From the NCBI RefSeq assembly GCF_003334815.1, contig NZ_QOWO01000007.1: a stretch of DNA of 64,000 nucleotides; one strand, 5' to 3'. Below are positions 34,802-45,590 of this stretch, one piece after another. The notes below the pieces were generated by a model, which was not told where the DNA came from, made no database searches, and saw only the letters and a list, made by a program, of their open reading frames with translations. Position 1 is the first letter of the stretch. Each line of letters starts with the position of its first letter. The translations under genes were made by a program, and so were the position numbers. This stretch comes from Escherichia coli (GTDB taxonomy: Bacteria; Pseudomonadota; Gammaproteobacteria; Enterobacterales; Enterobacteriaceae).

Positions 34802-35566
34802 ATGGAAAATATAATGAACAATCCGGTTATCGGTGTCGTAATGTGCAGGAACAGGCTTAAGGGTCATGCGACCCAGACTCTGCAAGAAAAGTACCTGAAT
34901 GCCATCATCCATGCAGGCGGCTTGCCTATTGCGCTACCACATGCGCTGGCGGAACCGTCATTACTTGAACAACTTTTGCCGAAACTCGATGGCATTTATC
35001 TTCCTGGTAGTCCCAGCAATGTGCAGCCGCACCTATATGGTGAAAACGGCGATGAGCCTGACGCCGATCCCGGGCGTGATCTTCTGAGCATGGCGATAAT
35101 TAATGCCGCACTCGAAAGGCGCATCCCCATTTTCGCCATCTGCCGGGGTTTACAAGAACTGGTGGTGGCAACCGGTGGTTCGTTGCATCGCAAGCTGTGC
35201 GAACAGCCTGAATTGCTGGAACATCGGGAAGATCCCGAACTGCCGGTGGAACAGCAATATGCACCGTCGCATGAAGTTCAGGTTGAAGAGGGGGGATTAC
35301 TGTCTGCGTTGTTACCTGAATGTAGCAACTTTTGGGTAAACTCTCTACATGGACAAGGGGCGAAGGTCGTTAGCCCACGGTTGCGTGTTGAAGCTCGCTC
35401 GCCGGATGGCTTAGTTGAGGCGGTTAGCGTCATCAATCATCCTTTTGCGCTGGGCGTACAGTGGCACCCGGAATGGAACAGTAGCGAGTACGCGCTTTCG
35501 CGTATATTGTTCGAGGGCTTTATCACCGCTTGTCAGCACCATATCGCTGAAAAACAGCGACTCTGA
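34802..35566 (+). CDS. puuD: Gamma-glutamyl-GABA hydrolase PuuD (class I glutamine amidotransferase-like)
   Basis: 254 aa from MENIMNNP; nucleophile Cys in AICRGLQ. Confidence 0.92.
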   Translation: MENIMNNPVIGVVMCRNRLKGHATQTLQEKYLNAIIHAGGLPIALPHALAEPSLLEQLLPKLDGIYLPGSPSNVQPHLYGENGDEPDADPGRDLLSMAIINAALERRIPIFAICRGLQELVVATGGSLHRKLCEQPELLEHREDPELPVEQQYAPSHEVQVEEGGLLSALLPECSNFWVNSLHGQGAKVVSPRLRVEARSPDGLVEAVSVINHPFALGVQWHPEWNSSEYALSRILFEGFITACQHHIAEKQRL

Positions 35567-35592
35567 CCACTACAGTTTAAGGAAATGCAAAT

Positions 35593-36150
35593 ATGAGTGA
35601 TGAGGGACTGGCGCCAGGAAAACGCTTGTCGGAAATCCGCCAGCAGCAGGGGCTTTCACAACGTCGTGCCGCCGAACTCTCCGGGCTGACTCACAGTGCT
35701 ATCAGTACGATAGAACAAGATAAAGTCAGCCCTGCCATCAGTACGCTGCAAAAGCTGCTGAAGGTGTATGGTCTGTCACTCTCGGAATTCTTTTCCGAGC
35801 CGGAAAAACCTGATGAGCCGCAGGTCGTCATTAATCAGGACGACTTAATTGAGATGGGTAGTCAGGGTGTGTCAATGAAGCTGGTTCATAACGGTAACCC
35901 GAATCGCACGCTGGCGATGATCTTTGAAACGTACCAGCCGGGCACAACCACTGGGGAAAGAATTAAGCATCAGGGTGAGGAAATAGGCACTGTACTGGAA
36001 GGTGAAATTGTTCTGACGATTAATGGTCAGGATTACCACCTCGTCGCGGGGCAAAGTTATGCCATTAATACCGGCATCCCGCACAGTTTCAGTAATACGT
36101 CGGCAGGTATTTGCCGAATTATCAGCGCCCATACGCCCACCACGTTTTAA
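35593..36150 (+). CDS. puuR: Repressor PuuR (XRE-type HTH + cupin)
   Basis: 185 aa; HTH (LSQRRAAELSGLTHSAISTIEQ) and C-terminal cupin. Confidence 0.92.
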   Translation: MSDEGLAPGKRLSEIRQQQGLSQRRAAELSGLTHSAISTIEQDKVSPAISTLQKLLKVYGLSLSEFFSEPEKPDEPQVVINQDDLIEMGSQGVSMKLVHNGNPNRTLAMIFETYQPGTTTGERIKHQGEEIGTVLEGEIVLTINGQDYHLVAGQSYAINTGIPHSFSNTSAGICRIISAHTPTTF

Positions 36151-36424
36151 TCTTTTTGTTCTGTAAGCCGGGTAAGCGCAATGCGCCCGGCAATCTATAC
36201 ACAAAATCATTCAAGTTGCATCAAGGCGGCAAGTGAGCGAATCCCGATGAGCTTACTCAGGTAAGTGATTCGGGGGAGCGAACGCAGCCAAGGCAGAGGC
36301 GGCTTGAAGGATGAAGTGTATATAAAGAATGTCGCCAGAAATAAACGGGCATACGGCCCGGGGATCTCTGCGCCCTGACGTTCACAAACTGCATATATCT
36401 GATAGACGTGAAACAGGAGTCATA

Positions 36425-37912
36425 ATGAATTTTCATCATCTGGCTTACTGGCAGGATAAAGCGTTAAGTCTCGCCATTGAAAACCGCTTATTTATTAACG
36501 GTGAATATACTGCTGCGGCGGAAAATGAAACCTTTGAAACCGTTGATCCGGTCACCCAGGCACCGCTGGCGAAAATTGCCCGCGGCAAGAGCGTCGATAT
36601 CGACCGTGCGATGAGCGCAGCACGCGGCGTATTTGAACGCGGCGACTGGTCACTCTCTTCTCCGGCTAAACGTAAAGCGGTACTGAATAAACTCGCCGAT
36701 TTAATGGAAGCCCACGCCGAAGAGCTGGCACTGCTGGAAACTCTCGACACCGGCAAACCGATTCGTCACAGTCTGCGTGATGATATTCCCGGCGCGGCGC
36801 GCGCCATTCGCTGGTACGCCGAAGCGATCGACAAAGTGTATGGCGAAGTGGCGACCACCAGTAGCCATGAGCTGGCGATGATCGTGCGTGAACCGGTCGG
36901 CGTGATTGCCGCCATCGTGCCGTGGAACTTCCCGCTGTTGCTGACTTGCTGGAAACTCGGCCCGGCGCTGGCGGCGGGAAACAGCGTGATTCTAAAACCG
37001 TCTGAAAAATCACCGCTCAGTGCGATTCGTCTCGCGGGGCTGGCGAAAGAAGCAGGCTTGCCGGATGGTGTGTTGAACGTGGTGACGGGTTTTGGTCATG
37101 AAGCCGGGCAGGCGCTGTCGCGTCATAACGATATCGACGCCATTGCCTTTACCGGTTCAACCCGTACCGGGAAACAGCTGCTGAAAGATGCGGGCGACAG
37201 CAACATGAAACGCGTCTGGCTGGAAGCGGGCGGCAAAAGCGCCAACATCGTTTTCGCTGACTGCCCGGATTTGCAACAGGCGGCAAGCGCCACCGCAGCA
37301 GGCATTTTCTACAACCAGGGACAGGTTTGCATCGCCGGAACGCGCCTGTTGCTGGAAGAGAGCATCGCCGATGAATTCTTAGCCCTGTTAAAACAGCAGG
37401 CGCAAAACTGGCAGCCGGGCCATCCACTTGATCCCGCAACCACCATGGGCACCTTAATCGACTGCGCCCACGCCGACTCGGTCCATAGCTTTATTCGGGA
37501 AGGCGAAAGCAAAGGGCAACTGTTGTTGGATGGCCGTAACGCCGGGCTGGCTGCCGCCATCGGCCCGACCATCTTTGTGGATGTGGACCCGAATGCGTCC
37601 TTAAGTCGCGAAGAGATTTTCGGTCCGGTGCTGGTGGTCACGCGTTTCACATCAGAAGAACAGGCGCTACAGCTTGCCAACGACAGCCAGTACGGCCTTG
37701 GCGCGGCGGTATGGACGCGCGACCTCTCCCGCGCGCACCGCATGAGCCGACGCCTGAAAGCCGGTTCCGTCTTCGTCAATAACTACAACGACGGCGATAT
37801 GACCGTGCCGTTTGGCGGCTATAAGCAGAGCGGCAACGGTCGCGACAAATCCCTGCATGCCCTTGAAAAATTCACTGAACTGAAAACCATCTGGATAAGC
37901 CTGGAGGCCTGA
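36425..37912 (+). CDS. puuC: Gamma-glutamyl-gamma-aminobutyraldehyde dehydrogenase PuuC
   Basis: 495 aa from MNFHHLAYW; aldehyde dehydrogenase catalytic Cys (GQVCIAGTR) and Glu (LEAGGKSA). Confidence 0.92.
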   Translation: MNFHHLAYWQDKALSLAIENRLFINGEYTAAAENETFETVDPVTQAPLAKIARGKSVDIDRAMSAARGVFERGDWSLSSPAKRKAVLNKLADLMEAHAEELALLETLDTGKPIRHSLRDDIPGAARAIRWYAEAIDKVYGEVATTSSHELAMIVREPVGVIAAIVPWNFPLLLTCWKLGPALAAGNSVILKPSEKSPLSAIRLAGLAKEAGLPDGVLNVVTGFGHEAGQALSRHNDIDAIAFTGSTRTGKQLLKDAGDSNMKRVWLEAGGKSANIVFADCPDLQQAASATAAGIFYNQGQVCIAGTRLLLEESIADEFLALLKQQAQNWQPGHPLDPATTMGTLIDCAHADSVHSFIREGESKGQLLLDGRNAGLAAAIGPTIFVDVDPNASLSREEIFGPVLVVTRFTSEEQALQLANDSQYGLGAAVWTRDLSRAHRMSRRLKAGSVFVNNYNDGDMTVPFGGYKQSGNGRDKSLHALEKFTELKTIWISLEA

Positions 37913-37913
37913 A

Positions 37914-39194
37914 ATGACCGAACATACCAGCAGTTACTACGCCGCCAGTGCGAATAAATATGCACCATTCGACACGCTGAATGAGTCAATCACCTGCGAC
38001 GTTTGCGTGGTTGGCGGCGGCTATACCGGGCTCTCCTCCGCGCTGCATCTGGCGGAAGCGGGCTTTGACGTAGTGGTTCTCGAAGCCTCACGCATCGGCT
38101 TTGGCGCAAGCGGGCGCAATGGCGGACAGCTTGTGAACTCCTACAGCCGCGACATCGACGTGATCGAAAAAAGCTACGGCATGGACACCGCCCGTATGCT
38201 CGGCAGCATGATGTTCGAAGGTGGTGAGATCATCCGCGAACGTATCAAACGTTATCAGATTGACTGCGACTACCGCCCCGGCGGCCTGTTTGTGGCGATG
38301 AATGATAAACAGCTCGCCACACTTGAAGAGCAGAAAGAGAACTGGGAACGCTACGGCAATAAACAGCTGGAATTGCTGGACGCCAACGCCATTCGCCGTG
38401 AAGTAGCCAGCGATCGCTATACCGGTGCGCTGCTGGATCACAGCGGTGGGCATATTCATCCGCTAAACCTTGCCATTGGCGAAGCGGACGCCATCCGCCT
38501 CAACGGCGGGCGCGTGTATGAACTTTCTGCCGTGACGCAGATCCAGCACACCACGCCAGCCGTTGTGCGAACTGCCAAAGGTCAGGTGACGGCGAAGTAT
38601 GTGATTGTCGCCGGGAATGCGTATCTGGGCGATAAAGTAGAGCCGGAACTGGCGAAACGCAGCATGCCGTGCGGCACGCAGGTGATCACCACCGAACGGC
38701 TGTCGGAAGATTTAGCCCGTTCGCTGATCCCGAAAAACTACTGTGTGGAAGACTGTAACTATCTGCTTGATTACTACCGTCTTACCGCCGACAACCGCCT
38801 GCTGTACGGCGGCGGCGTGGTCTACGGCGCGCGCGACCCGGATGACGTTGAGCGCCTTGTGGTGCCGAAACTGCTGAAAACCTTCCCGCAGCTGAAGGGC
38901 GTGAAAATTGATTACCGCTGGACGGGCAACTTCCTGCTGACCCTGTCGCGTATGCCGCAGTTTGGTCGCCTCGATACCAACATCTATTACATGCAGGGCT
39001 ACAGCGGCCACGGCGTGACCTGTACTCATCTAGCCGGACGTTTGATTGCCGAACTGCTGCGCGGCGACGCCGAACGTTTCGATGCCTTCGCCAATCTGCC
39101 GCATTACCCGTTCCCCGGCGGGCGCACGCTGCGTGTGCCGTTTACCGCGATGGGCGCGGCGTATTACAGCCTGCGCGATCGTCTGGGCGTTTAA
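37914..39194 (+). CDS. puuB: Gamma-glutamylputrescine oxidase PuuB (FAD-dependent)
   Basis: 426 aa; FAD motif VVGGGYTGLSSAL. Confidence 0.92.
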   Translation: MTEHTSSYYAASANKYAPFDTLNESITCDVCVVGGGYTGLSSALHLAEAGFDVVVLEASRIGFGASGRNGGQLVNSYSRDIDVIEKSYGMDTARMLGSMMFEGGEIIRERIKRYQIDCDYRPGGLFVAMNDKQLATLEEQKENWERYGNKQLELLDANAIRREVASDRYTGALLDHSGGHIHPLNLAIGEADAIRLNGGRVYELSAVTQIQHTTPAVVRTAKGQVTAKYVIVAGNAYLGDKVEPELAKRSMPCGTQVITTERLSEDLARSLIPKNYCVEDCNYLLDYYRLTADNRLLYGGGVVYGARDPDDVERLVVPKLLKTFPQLKGVKIDYRWTGNFLLTLSRMPQFGRLDTNIYYMQGYSGHGVTCTHLAGRLIAELLRGDAERFDAFANLPHYPFPGGRTLRVPFTAMGAAYYSLRDRLGV

Positions 39195-39231
39195 TTTCCG
39201 ATTAACCGTGAAGAGTCAAAAGGTGTGAAAC

Positions 39232-40497
39232 ATGAGCAACAATGAATTCCATCAGCGTCGTCTTTCTGCCACTCCGCGCGGGGTTGGCGTGATGTGTAAC
39301 TTCTTCGCCCAGTCGGCTGAAAACGCCACGCTGAAGGATGTTGAGGGCAACGAGTACATCGATTTCGCCGCAGGCATTGCGGTGCTGAATACCGGACATC
39401 GCCACCCTGATCTGGTCGCGGCGGTGGAGCAGCAACTGCAACAGTTTACCCACACCGCGTATCAGATTGTGCCGTATGAAAGCTACGTCACCCTGGCGGA
39501 GAAAATCAACGCCCTTGCCCCGGTGAGCGGGCAGGCCAAAACCGCGTTCTTCACCACCGGTGCGGAAGCGGTGGAAAACGCGGTGAAAATTGCTCGCGCC
39601 CATACCGGACGCCCTGGCGTGATTGCGTTTAGCGGCGGCTTTCACGGTCGTACGTATATGACCATGGCGCTGACCGGAAAAGTTGCGCCGTACAAAATCG
39701 GCTTCGGCCCGTTCCCTAGTTCGGTGTATCACGTACCTTATCCGTCAGATTTACACGGCATTTCAACACAGGACTCCCTCGACGCCATCGAACGCTTGTT
39801 TAAATCAGACATCGAAGCGAAGCAGGTGGCGGCGATTATTTTCGAACCGGTGCAGGGCGAGGGCGGTTTCAACGTTGCGCCAAAAGAGCTGGTTGCCGCT
39901 ATTCGCCGCCTGTGCGACGAGCACGGTATTGTGATGATTGCTGATGAAGTGCAAAGCGGCTTTGCGCGTACCGGTAAGCTGTTTGCCATGGATCATTACG
40001 CCGATAAGCCGGATTTAATGACGATGGCGAAAAGCCTCGCGGGCGGGATGCCGCTTTCGGGCGTGGTCGGTAACGCGAATATTATGGACGCACCCGCGCC
40101 GGGCGGGCTTGGCGGCACCTACGCCGGTAACCCGCTGGCGGTGGCTGCCGCGCACGCGGTGCTCAACATTATCGACAAAGAATCACTCTGCGAACGCGCG
40201 AATCAACTGGGCCAGCGTCTCAAAAACACGTTGATTGATGCCAAAGAAAGCGTTCCGGCCATTGCTGCGGTACGCGGCCTGGGGTCGATGATTGCGGTAG
40301 AGTTTAACGATCCGCAAACGGGCGAGCCGTCAGCGGCGATTGCACAGAAAATCCAGCAACGCGCGCTGGCGCAGGGGCTGCTCCTGCTGACCTGTGGCGC
40401 ATACGGCAACGTGATTCGCTTCCTGTATCCGCTGACCATCCCGGATGCGCAATTCGATGCGGCAATGAAAATTTTGCAGGATGCGCTGAGCGATTAA
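39232..40497 (+). CDS. puuE: 4-aminobutyrate aminotransferase PuuE (PLP class III)
   Basis: 421 aa; class III aminotransferase region (IADEVQSGFARTGKLFAMDH). Confidence 0.94.
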   Translation: MSNNEFHQRRLSATPRGVGVMCNFFAQSAENATLKDVEGNEYIDFAAGIAVLNTGHRHPDLVAAVEQQLQQFTHTAYQIVPYESYVTLAEKINALAPVSGQAKTAFFTTGAEAVENAVKIARAHTGRPGVIAFSGGFHGRTYMTMALTGKVAPYKIGFGPFPSSVYHVPYPSDLHGISTQDSLDAIERLFKSDIEAKQVAAIIFEPVQGEGGFNVAPKELVAAIRRLCDEHGIVMIADEVQSGFARTGKLFAMDHYADKPDLMTMAKSLAGGMPLSGVVGNANIMDAPAPGGLGGTYAGNPLAVAAAHAVLNIIDKESLCERANQLGQRLKNTLIDAKESVPAIAAVRGLGSMIAVEFNDPQTGEPSAAIAQKIQQRALAQGLLLLTCGAYGNVIRFLYPLTIPDAQFDAAMKILQDALSD

Positions 40498-40510
40498 TAG
40501 CCCAAGGCAA

Positions 40511-40597
40511 TAATGTCTGATGCGCTGCGCTTATCAGGCCTGCAAACGACGTATTGATTATGTATGCCGAATAAAGCATTCACGCCGCATCCGGCAA
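40511..40597. repeat. REP/BIME-type extragenic palindromic elements between puuE and pspF
   Basis: Two REP-like units (GTCTGATGCGCTGCGCTTATCAGGCCTGC and GCCGAATAAAGCATTCACGCCGCATCCGGCAAG) resembling the E. coli REP consensus. Confidence 0.7.
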
Positions 40598-40616
40598 GTT
40601 GTATTGCTCAACTTCG

Positions 40617-41594
40617 CTAAATCTGGTGCTTTTTCAACAACGCGCGGAACTGATGATAAGTTAACCCCAGTAATTCAGCCGCGCGCTTCTGGTTATATTT
40701 CCCTTGTTGCAAACTGAGTTGCAGCAACTCTTTTTCCTGCTGCATCTGAAACTCACGTAAATCCAGCGGCAGTGTTGGAAGCGAGGTGGTTTCTGAAACG
40801 GCGATAGCGTCTTCAGGCGGACGCCGTTTAAAGGGATCAATAATGATGTCATCAAGCGGATAATCGCTGGTGCCGTGGCGATACACTGAACGTTCCACCA
40901 CGTTTTTCAATTCACGAATATTTCCCGGCCAACGATAATTCAGCAATGTTTCTCTGGCGCGCTCCGTAAACCCCGGGAACAGAGGCAGCTTGATTTCCCG
41001 ACACATCTGGATGGCAAAGTATTCTGCCATCAACATTATGTCGCTTTCGCGCTCGCGCAGTGGTGGCAGTTGTACAACATCAAAAGCCAGTCGGTCGAGC
41101 AGGTCAGCGCGAAAAGTGCCTTCATTGACCATCGCCGGGAGATCGGCATTCGTCGCGCATACCAACCGCACATTCACCTGCAATGGCTGGCTGCCGCCAA
41201 CGCGCTCCAGTTCACCGTACTCAATCACGCGCAATAATTTCTCCTGCACCATCATCGGTGCCGTAGCGAGTTCATCAAGAAATAGCGTACCGCCGTCGGC
41301 ACGTTCAAATCTCCCTGGATGACGTTTTTGCGCACCGGTAAACGCCCCCGCTTCGTGACCAAACAGTTCGGAATCCAGCAGATTTTCATTTAACGCCGCG
41401 CAGTTAAGGGAAATAAACGGCCCTTGCCAACGGGAGGAGAGATAATGCAGGCGGCTGGCAATCAGCTCTTTACCGGTGCCGCGTTCGCCGATGATGAGCA
41501 CCGGTTTGTCCAGCGGTGCGAGATGCGAAACCTGTTCCAGCACTTCGAGAAAGCTGTTCGCCTCACCAAGTAAATTATCTTTGTATTCTGCCAT
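40617..41594 (-). CDS. pspF: Sigma54-dependent activator PspF (AAA+ bacterial enhancer-binding protein)
   Basis: 325 aa from MAEYKDNLLGE; Walker A GERGTGKE; GAFTGA motif; C-terminal HTH. Confidence 0.95.
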   Translation of the reverse strand: MAEYKDNLLGEANSFLEVLEQVSHLAPLDKPVLIIGERGTGKELIASRLHYLSSRWQGPFISLNCAALNENLLDSELFGHEAGAFTGAQKRHPGRFERADGGTLFLDELATAPMMVQEKLLRVIEYGELERVGGSQPLQVNVRLVCATNADLPAMVNEGTFRADLLDRLAFDVVQLPPLRERESDIMLMAEYFAIQMCREIKLPLFPGFTERARETLLNYRWPGNIRELKNVVERSVYRHGTSDYPLDDIIIDPFKRRPPEDAIAVSETTSLPTLPLDLREFQMQQEKELLQLSLQQGKYNQKRAAELLGLTYHQFRALLKKHQI

Positions 41595-41688
41595 GATGAA
41601 ATTCGCCACTTGTTAGTGTAATTCGCTAACTCATCCTGGCATGTTGCTGTTGATTCTTCAATCAGATCTTTATAAATCAAAAAGATAA

Positions 41689-42429
<741 letters not shown>

Positions 42430-42482
42430 TAACATCCAGGCGGCGTCCGAACGCGCCGCCGCTCATCGTCTAAGGAGTACTT

Positions 42483-42707
42483 ATGAGCGCGCTATTTCTG
42501 GCTATTCCGTTAACCATTTTTGTGCTGTTTGTTTTACCGATCTGGTTATGGCTGCATTACAGCAATCGTTCTGGTCGCAGTGAATTGTCGCAAAGTGAGC
42601 AGCAGCGATTAGCGCAACTGGCTGATGAAGCAAAACGGATGCGCGAACGTATTCAGGCGCTGGAATCTATTCTTGATGCAGAACATCCGAACTGGAGGGA
42701 TCGCTAA
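42483..42707 (+). CDS. pspB: Phage shock protein B
   Basis: 74 aa, single TM helix. Confidence 0.93.
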   Translation: MSALFLAIPLTIFVLFVLPIWLWLHYSNRSGRSELSQSEQQRLAQLADEAKRMRERIQALESILDAEHPNWRDR

Positions 42708-43066
42708 TGGCGGGCATTAATCTCAATAAAAAATTATGGCGTATTCCACAGCAGGGCATGGTCCGCGGCGTCTGCGCCGGGATTGCCAACTATTTTGATG
42801 TACCGGTAAAACTGGTGCGTATCCTGGTGGTGCTGTCGATTTTCTTCGGTCTGGCGCTGTTTACCCTGGTTGCTTACATCATTTTGTCATTTGCGCTTGA
42901 TCCAATGCCGGACAACATGGCCTTTGGTGAGCAGCTACCTTCCAGCAGCGAATTGCTGGATGAAGTCGACCGTGAACTGGCGGCAAGTGAAACGCGTTTA
43001 CGCGAGATGGAACGTTATGTCACTTCCGATACTTTCACGTTACGTAGCCGTTTCCGTCAACTGTGA
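42707..43066 (+). CDS. pspC: Phage shock protein C
   Basis: 119 aa; start overlaps pspB stop. Confidence 0.93.
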
Positions 43067-43074
43067 GGAAAGTT

Positions 43075-43296
43075 ATGAATACTCGCTGGCAACAGGCCGG
43101 GCAAAAGGTAAAGCCTGGTTTCAAATTAGCAGGCAAGCTGGTACTTCTTACCGCACTGCGCTATGGCCCGGCGGGTGTGGCGGGCTGGGCGATAAAATCA
43201 GTTGCTCGCCGACCGCTGAAAATGTTGCTGGCTGTGGCGCTGGAACCGCTGTTAAGTCGGGCTGCTAATAAACTGGCACAGCGTTATAAAAGGTGA
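43075..43296 (+). CDS. pspD: Phage shock protein D
   Basis: 73 aa from MNTRWQQAG. Confidence 0.88.
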
Positions 43297-43370
43297 GGGG
43301 AGTTTCGCAAAAATTGTTAAATCTCAGGCGTATAATGGATGGCAATTTTCATCCATAGAAGGACGCTTAC

Positions 43371-43685
43371 ATGTTTAAAAAAGGCTTACTTGCTCTGGCA
43401 CTGGTGTTTTCACTGCCCGTTTTCGCCGCTGAACACTGGATCGATGTTCGTGTTCCAGAGCAGTATCAGCAAGAGCACGTTCAGGGGGCCATCAATATTC
43501 CCCTGAAGGAAGTGAAAGAGCGCATTGCCACCGCCGTTCCGGATAAAAACGACACCGTGAAAGTGTATTGCAATGCCGGACGCCAGTCAGGGCAAGCAAA
43601 AGAGATCCTTAGCGAGATGGGATATACCCACGTTGAGAACGCCGGTGGCCTGAAAGACATCGCAATGCCGAAGGTCAAAGGTTAA
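43371..43685 (+). CDS. pspE: Thiosulfate sulfurtransferase PspE (periplasmic rhodanese)
   Basis: 104 aa; signal peptide; rhodanese active-site Cys in VYCNAGRQS. Confidence 0.93.
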   Translation: MFKKGLLALALVFSLPVFAAEHWIDVRVPEQYQQEHVQGAINIPLKEVKERIATAVPDKNDTVKVYCNAGRQSGQAKEILSEMGYTHVENAGGLKDIAMPKVKG

Positions 43686-43699
43686 AAGAATTCACCATG

Positions 43700-43726
43700 A
43701 GCGGCGCTTATGCGCCGTTTTTTTTT
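43700..43726 (+). terminator. pspE (psp operon) intrinsic terminator
   Basis: GC stem CGGCGC-ttat-GCGCCG followed by nine T. Confidence 0.8.
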
Positions 43727-43870
43727 CTGTCACACCTTATTTACATCCCCATAGATTATTTGCGTCAGCTCACAAATACGCTTTTTCCCTGGTAAAAAAT
43801 GATTTCCTGCGTGACTAAAACCCTTGTGCTCAATTGACAGTTTATTTTCTGCGGAGTAGTCTCTCGTTTC

Positions 43871-43885
43871 ATGGGACCGCTACCA
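43871..43885 (+). promoter_or_regulatory. Candidate LacI-family (YcjW) operator half of a repeated 15-mer, immediately upstream of ycjM
   Basis: ATGGGACCGCTACCA; imperfect palindrome TGGGACC/GCTACCA; exact second copy at 53800-53814. Confidence 0.4.
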
Positions 43886-43897
43886 CGGAAAGGCAAC

Positions 43898-45577
43898 ATG
43901 AAACAGAAAATTACGGATTACCTGGACGAAATCTACGGTGGAACATTTACCGCAACTCATTTACAGAAACTTGTAACGCGTCTTGAGAGTGCGAAACGAT
44001 TAATTACACAGCGACGTAAAAAACACTGGGATGAAAGTGATGTCGTGTTAATTACCTATGCCGATCAATTTCACAGCAATGATTTAAAACCATTACCCAC
44101 ATTTAATCAGTTTTACCATCAATGGCTGCAAAGCATTTTTTCACATGTTCATTTGTTGCCGTTTTATCCATGGTCATCTGATGATGGCTTTTCGGTAATT
44201 GATTATCATCAGGTCGCCAGTGAAGCGGGGGAGTGGCAGGATATTCAGCAACTCGGTGAATGCAGTCATTTAATGTTTGATTTTGTCTGCAACCATATGT
44301 CGGCAAAAAGTGAATGGTTTAAAAACTATTTACAACAGCATCCAGGTTTTGAAGATTTTTTTATTGCCGTTGACCCGCAAACCGATCTCAGCGCCGTCAC
44401 TCGCCCGCGTGCGTTACCGTTATTAACGCCATTCCAGATGCGCGATCATTCAACGCGCCATTTATGGACCACCTTTAGTGACGATCAAATTGACCTGAAT
44501 TACCGTAGCCCTGAAGTGTTGCTGGCGATGGTGGATGTTTTACTCTGTTACCTTGCGAAAGGTGCTGAGTATGTCCGCCTGGATGCCGTTGGCTTTATGT
44601 GGAAAGAGCCGGGAACAAGCTGCATCCATCTGGAAAAAACACATCTGATTATCAAACTGTTACGGTCGATTATTGATAACGTTGCGCCAGGTACAGTGAT
44701 CATTACCGAGACCAATGTTCCGCATAAAGACAACATTGCTTACTTTGGCGCAGGCGATGACGAAGCACATATGGTGTACCAGTTCTCGCTGCCGCCACTG
44801 GTGCTGCATGCGGTGCAAAAACAGAACGTTGAGGCGCTTTGTGCGTGGGCGCAAAACCTGACACTACCTTCCAGCAACACCACCTGGTTTAACTTCCTCG
44901 CCTCTCACGATGGCATCGGGCTAAACCCGCTACGGGGCTTGTTGCCTGAAAGCGAAATATTAGAGCTGGTCGAGGCGTTACAGCAGGAAGGTGCATTAGT
45001 AAACTGGAAAAATAATCCCGACGGTACACGCAGTCCGTATGAAATAAATGTGACCTATATGGATGCGTTAAGCCGCCGTGAGAGTAGCGATGAAGAACGT
45101 TGCGCCAGGTTTATCCTTGCCCATGCGATTTTGTTAAGTTTCCCCGGTGTGCCAGCGATATATATTCAAAGTATTCTTGGCTCGCGTAATGATTACGCAG
45201 GTGTCGAAAAAATCGGATATAACCGTGCGATTAACCGTAAAAAATATCACAGTAAAGAGATAACCCGAGAACTGAACGATGAAGCTACATTAAGGCATGC
45301 GGTATATCATGAGTTGTCGCGTTTAATTACACTTCGTCGCAGCCATAACGAGTTTCATCCGGATAATAATTTTACCATTGATACGATTAATTCATCCGTA
45401 ATGCGTATTCAAAGAAGTAACGCTGATGGTAATTGTCTGACTGGATTGTTTAATGTCAGTAAAAATATTCAGCATGTAAATATTACTAATCTGCATGGTC
45501 GGGATCTGATTAGTGAAGTTGATATATTGGGTAATGAAATAACGCTGCGCCCCTGGCAGGTTATGTGGATTAAATAA
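43898..45577 (+). CDS. ycjM: GH13 sucrose-phosphorylase-like enzyme YcjM (reported glucosylglycerate phosphorylase)
   Basis: 559 aa from MKQKITDY; conspicuously AT-rich coding sequence. Confidence 0.88.
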   Translation: MKQKITDYLDEIYGGTFTATHLQKLVTRLESAKRLITQRRKKHWDESDVVLITYADQFHSNDLKPLPTFNQFYHQWLQSIFSHVHLLPFYPWSSDDGFSVIDYHQVASEAGEWQDIQQLGECSHLMFDFVCNHMSAKSEWFKNYLQQHPGFEDFFIAVDPQTDLSAVTRPRALPLLTPFQMRDHSTRHLWTTFSDDQIDLNYRSPEVLLAMVDVLLCYLAKGAEYVRLDAVGFMWKEPGTSCIHLEKTHLIIKLLRSIIDNVAPGTVIITETNVPHKDNIAYFGAGDDEAHMVYQFSLPPLVLHAVQKQNVEALCAWAQNLTLPSSNTTWFNFLASHDGIGLNPLRGLLPESEILELVEALQQEGALVNWKNNPDGTRSPYEINVTYMDALSRRESSDEERCARFILAHAILLSFPGVPAIYIQSILGSRNDYAGVEKIGYNRAINRKKYHSKEITRELNDEATLRHAVYHELSRLITLRRSHNEFHPDNNFTIDTINSSVMRIQRSNADGNCLTGLFNVSKNIQHVNITNLHGRDLISEVDILGNEITLRPWQVMWIK

Positions 45578-45590
45578 AAAGGAACATCTC

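Noticed and set aside
39202-39732. 176-aa ORF on the - strand
   Set aside because: Antisense to the puuB end and puuE start; no start context or motifs.
43871-43897. Upstream ATG at 43871 extending ycjM by 9 codons
   Set aside because: The ATG at 43898 follows a GGAAAGG ribosome-binding site and matches the expected 559-aa product; the upstream ATG lies inside the candidate operator.
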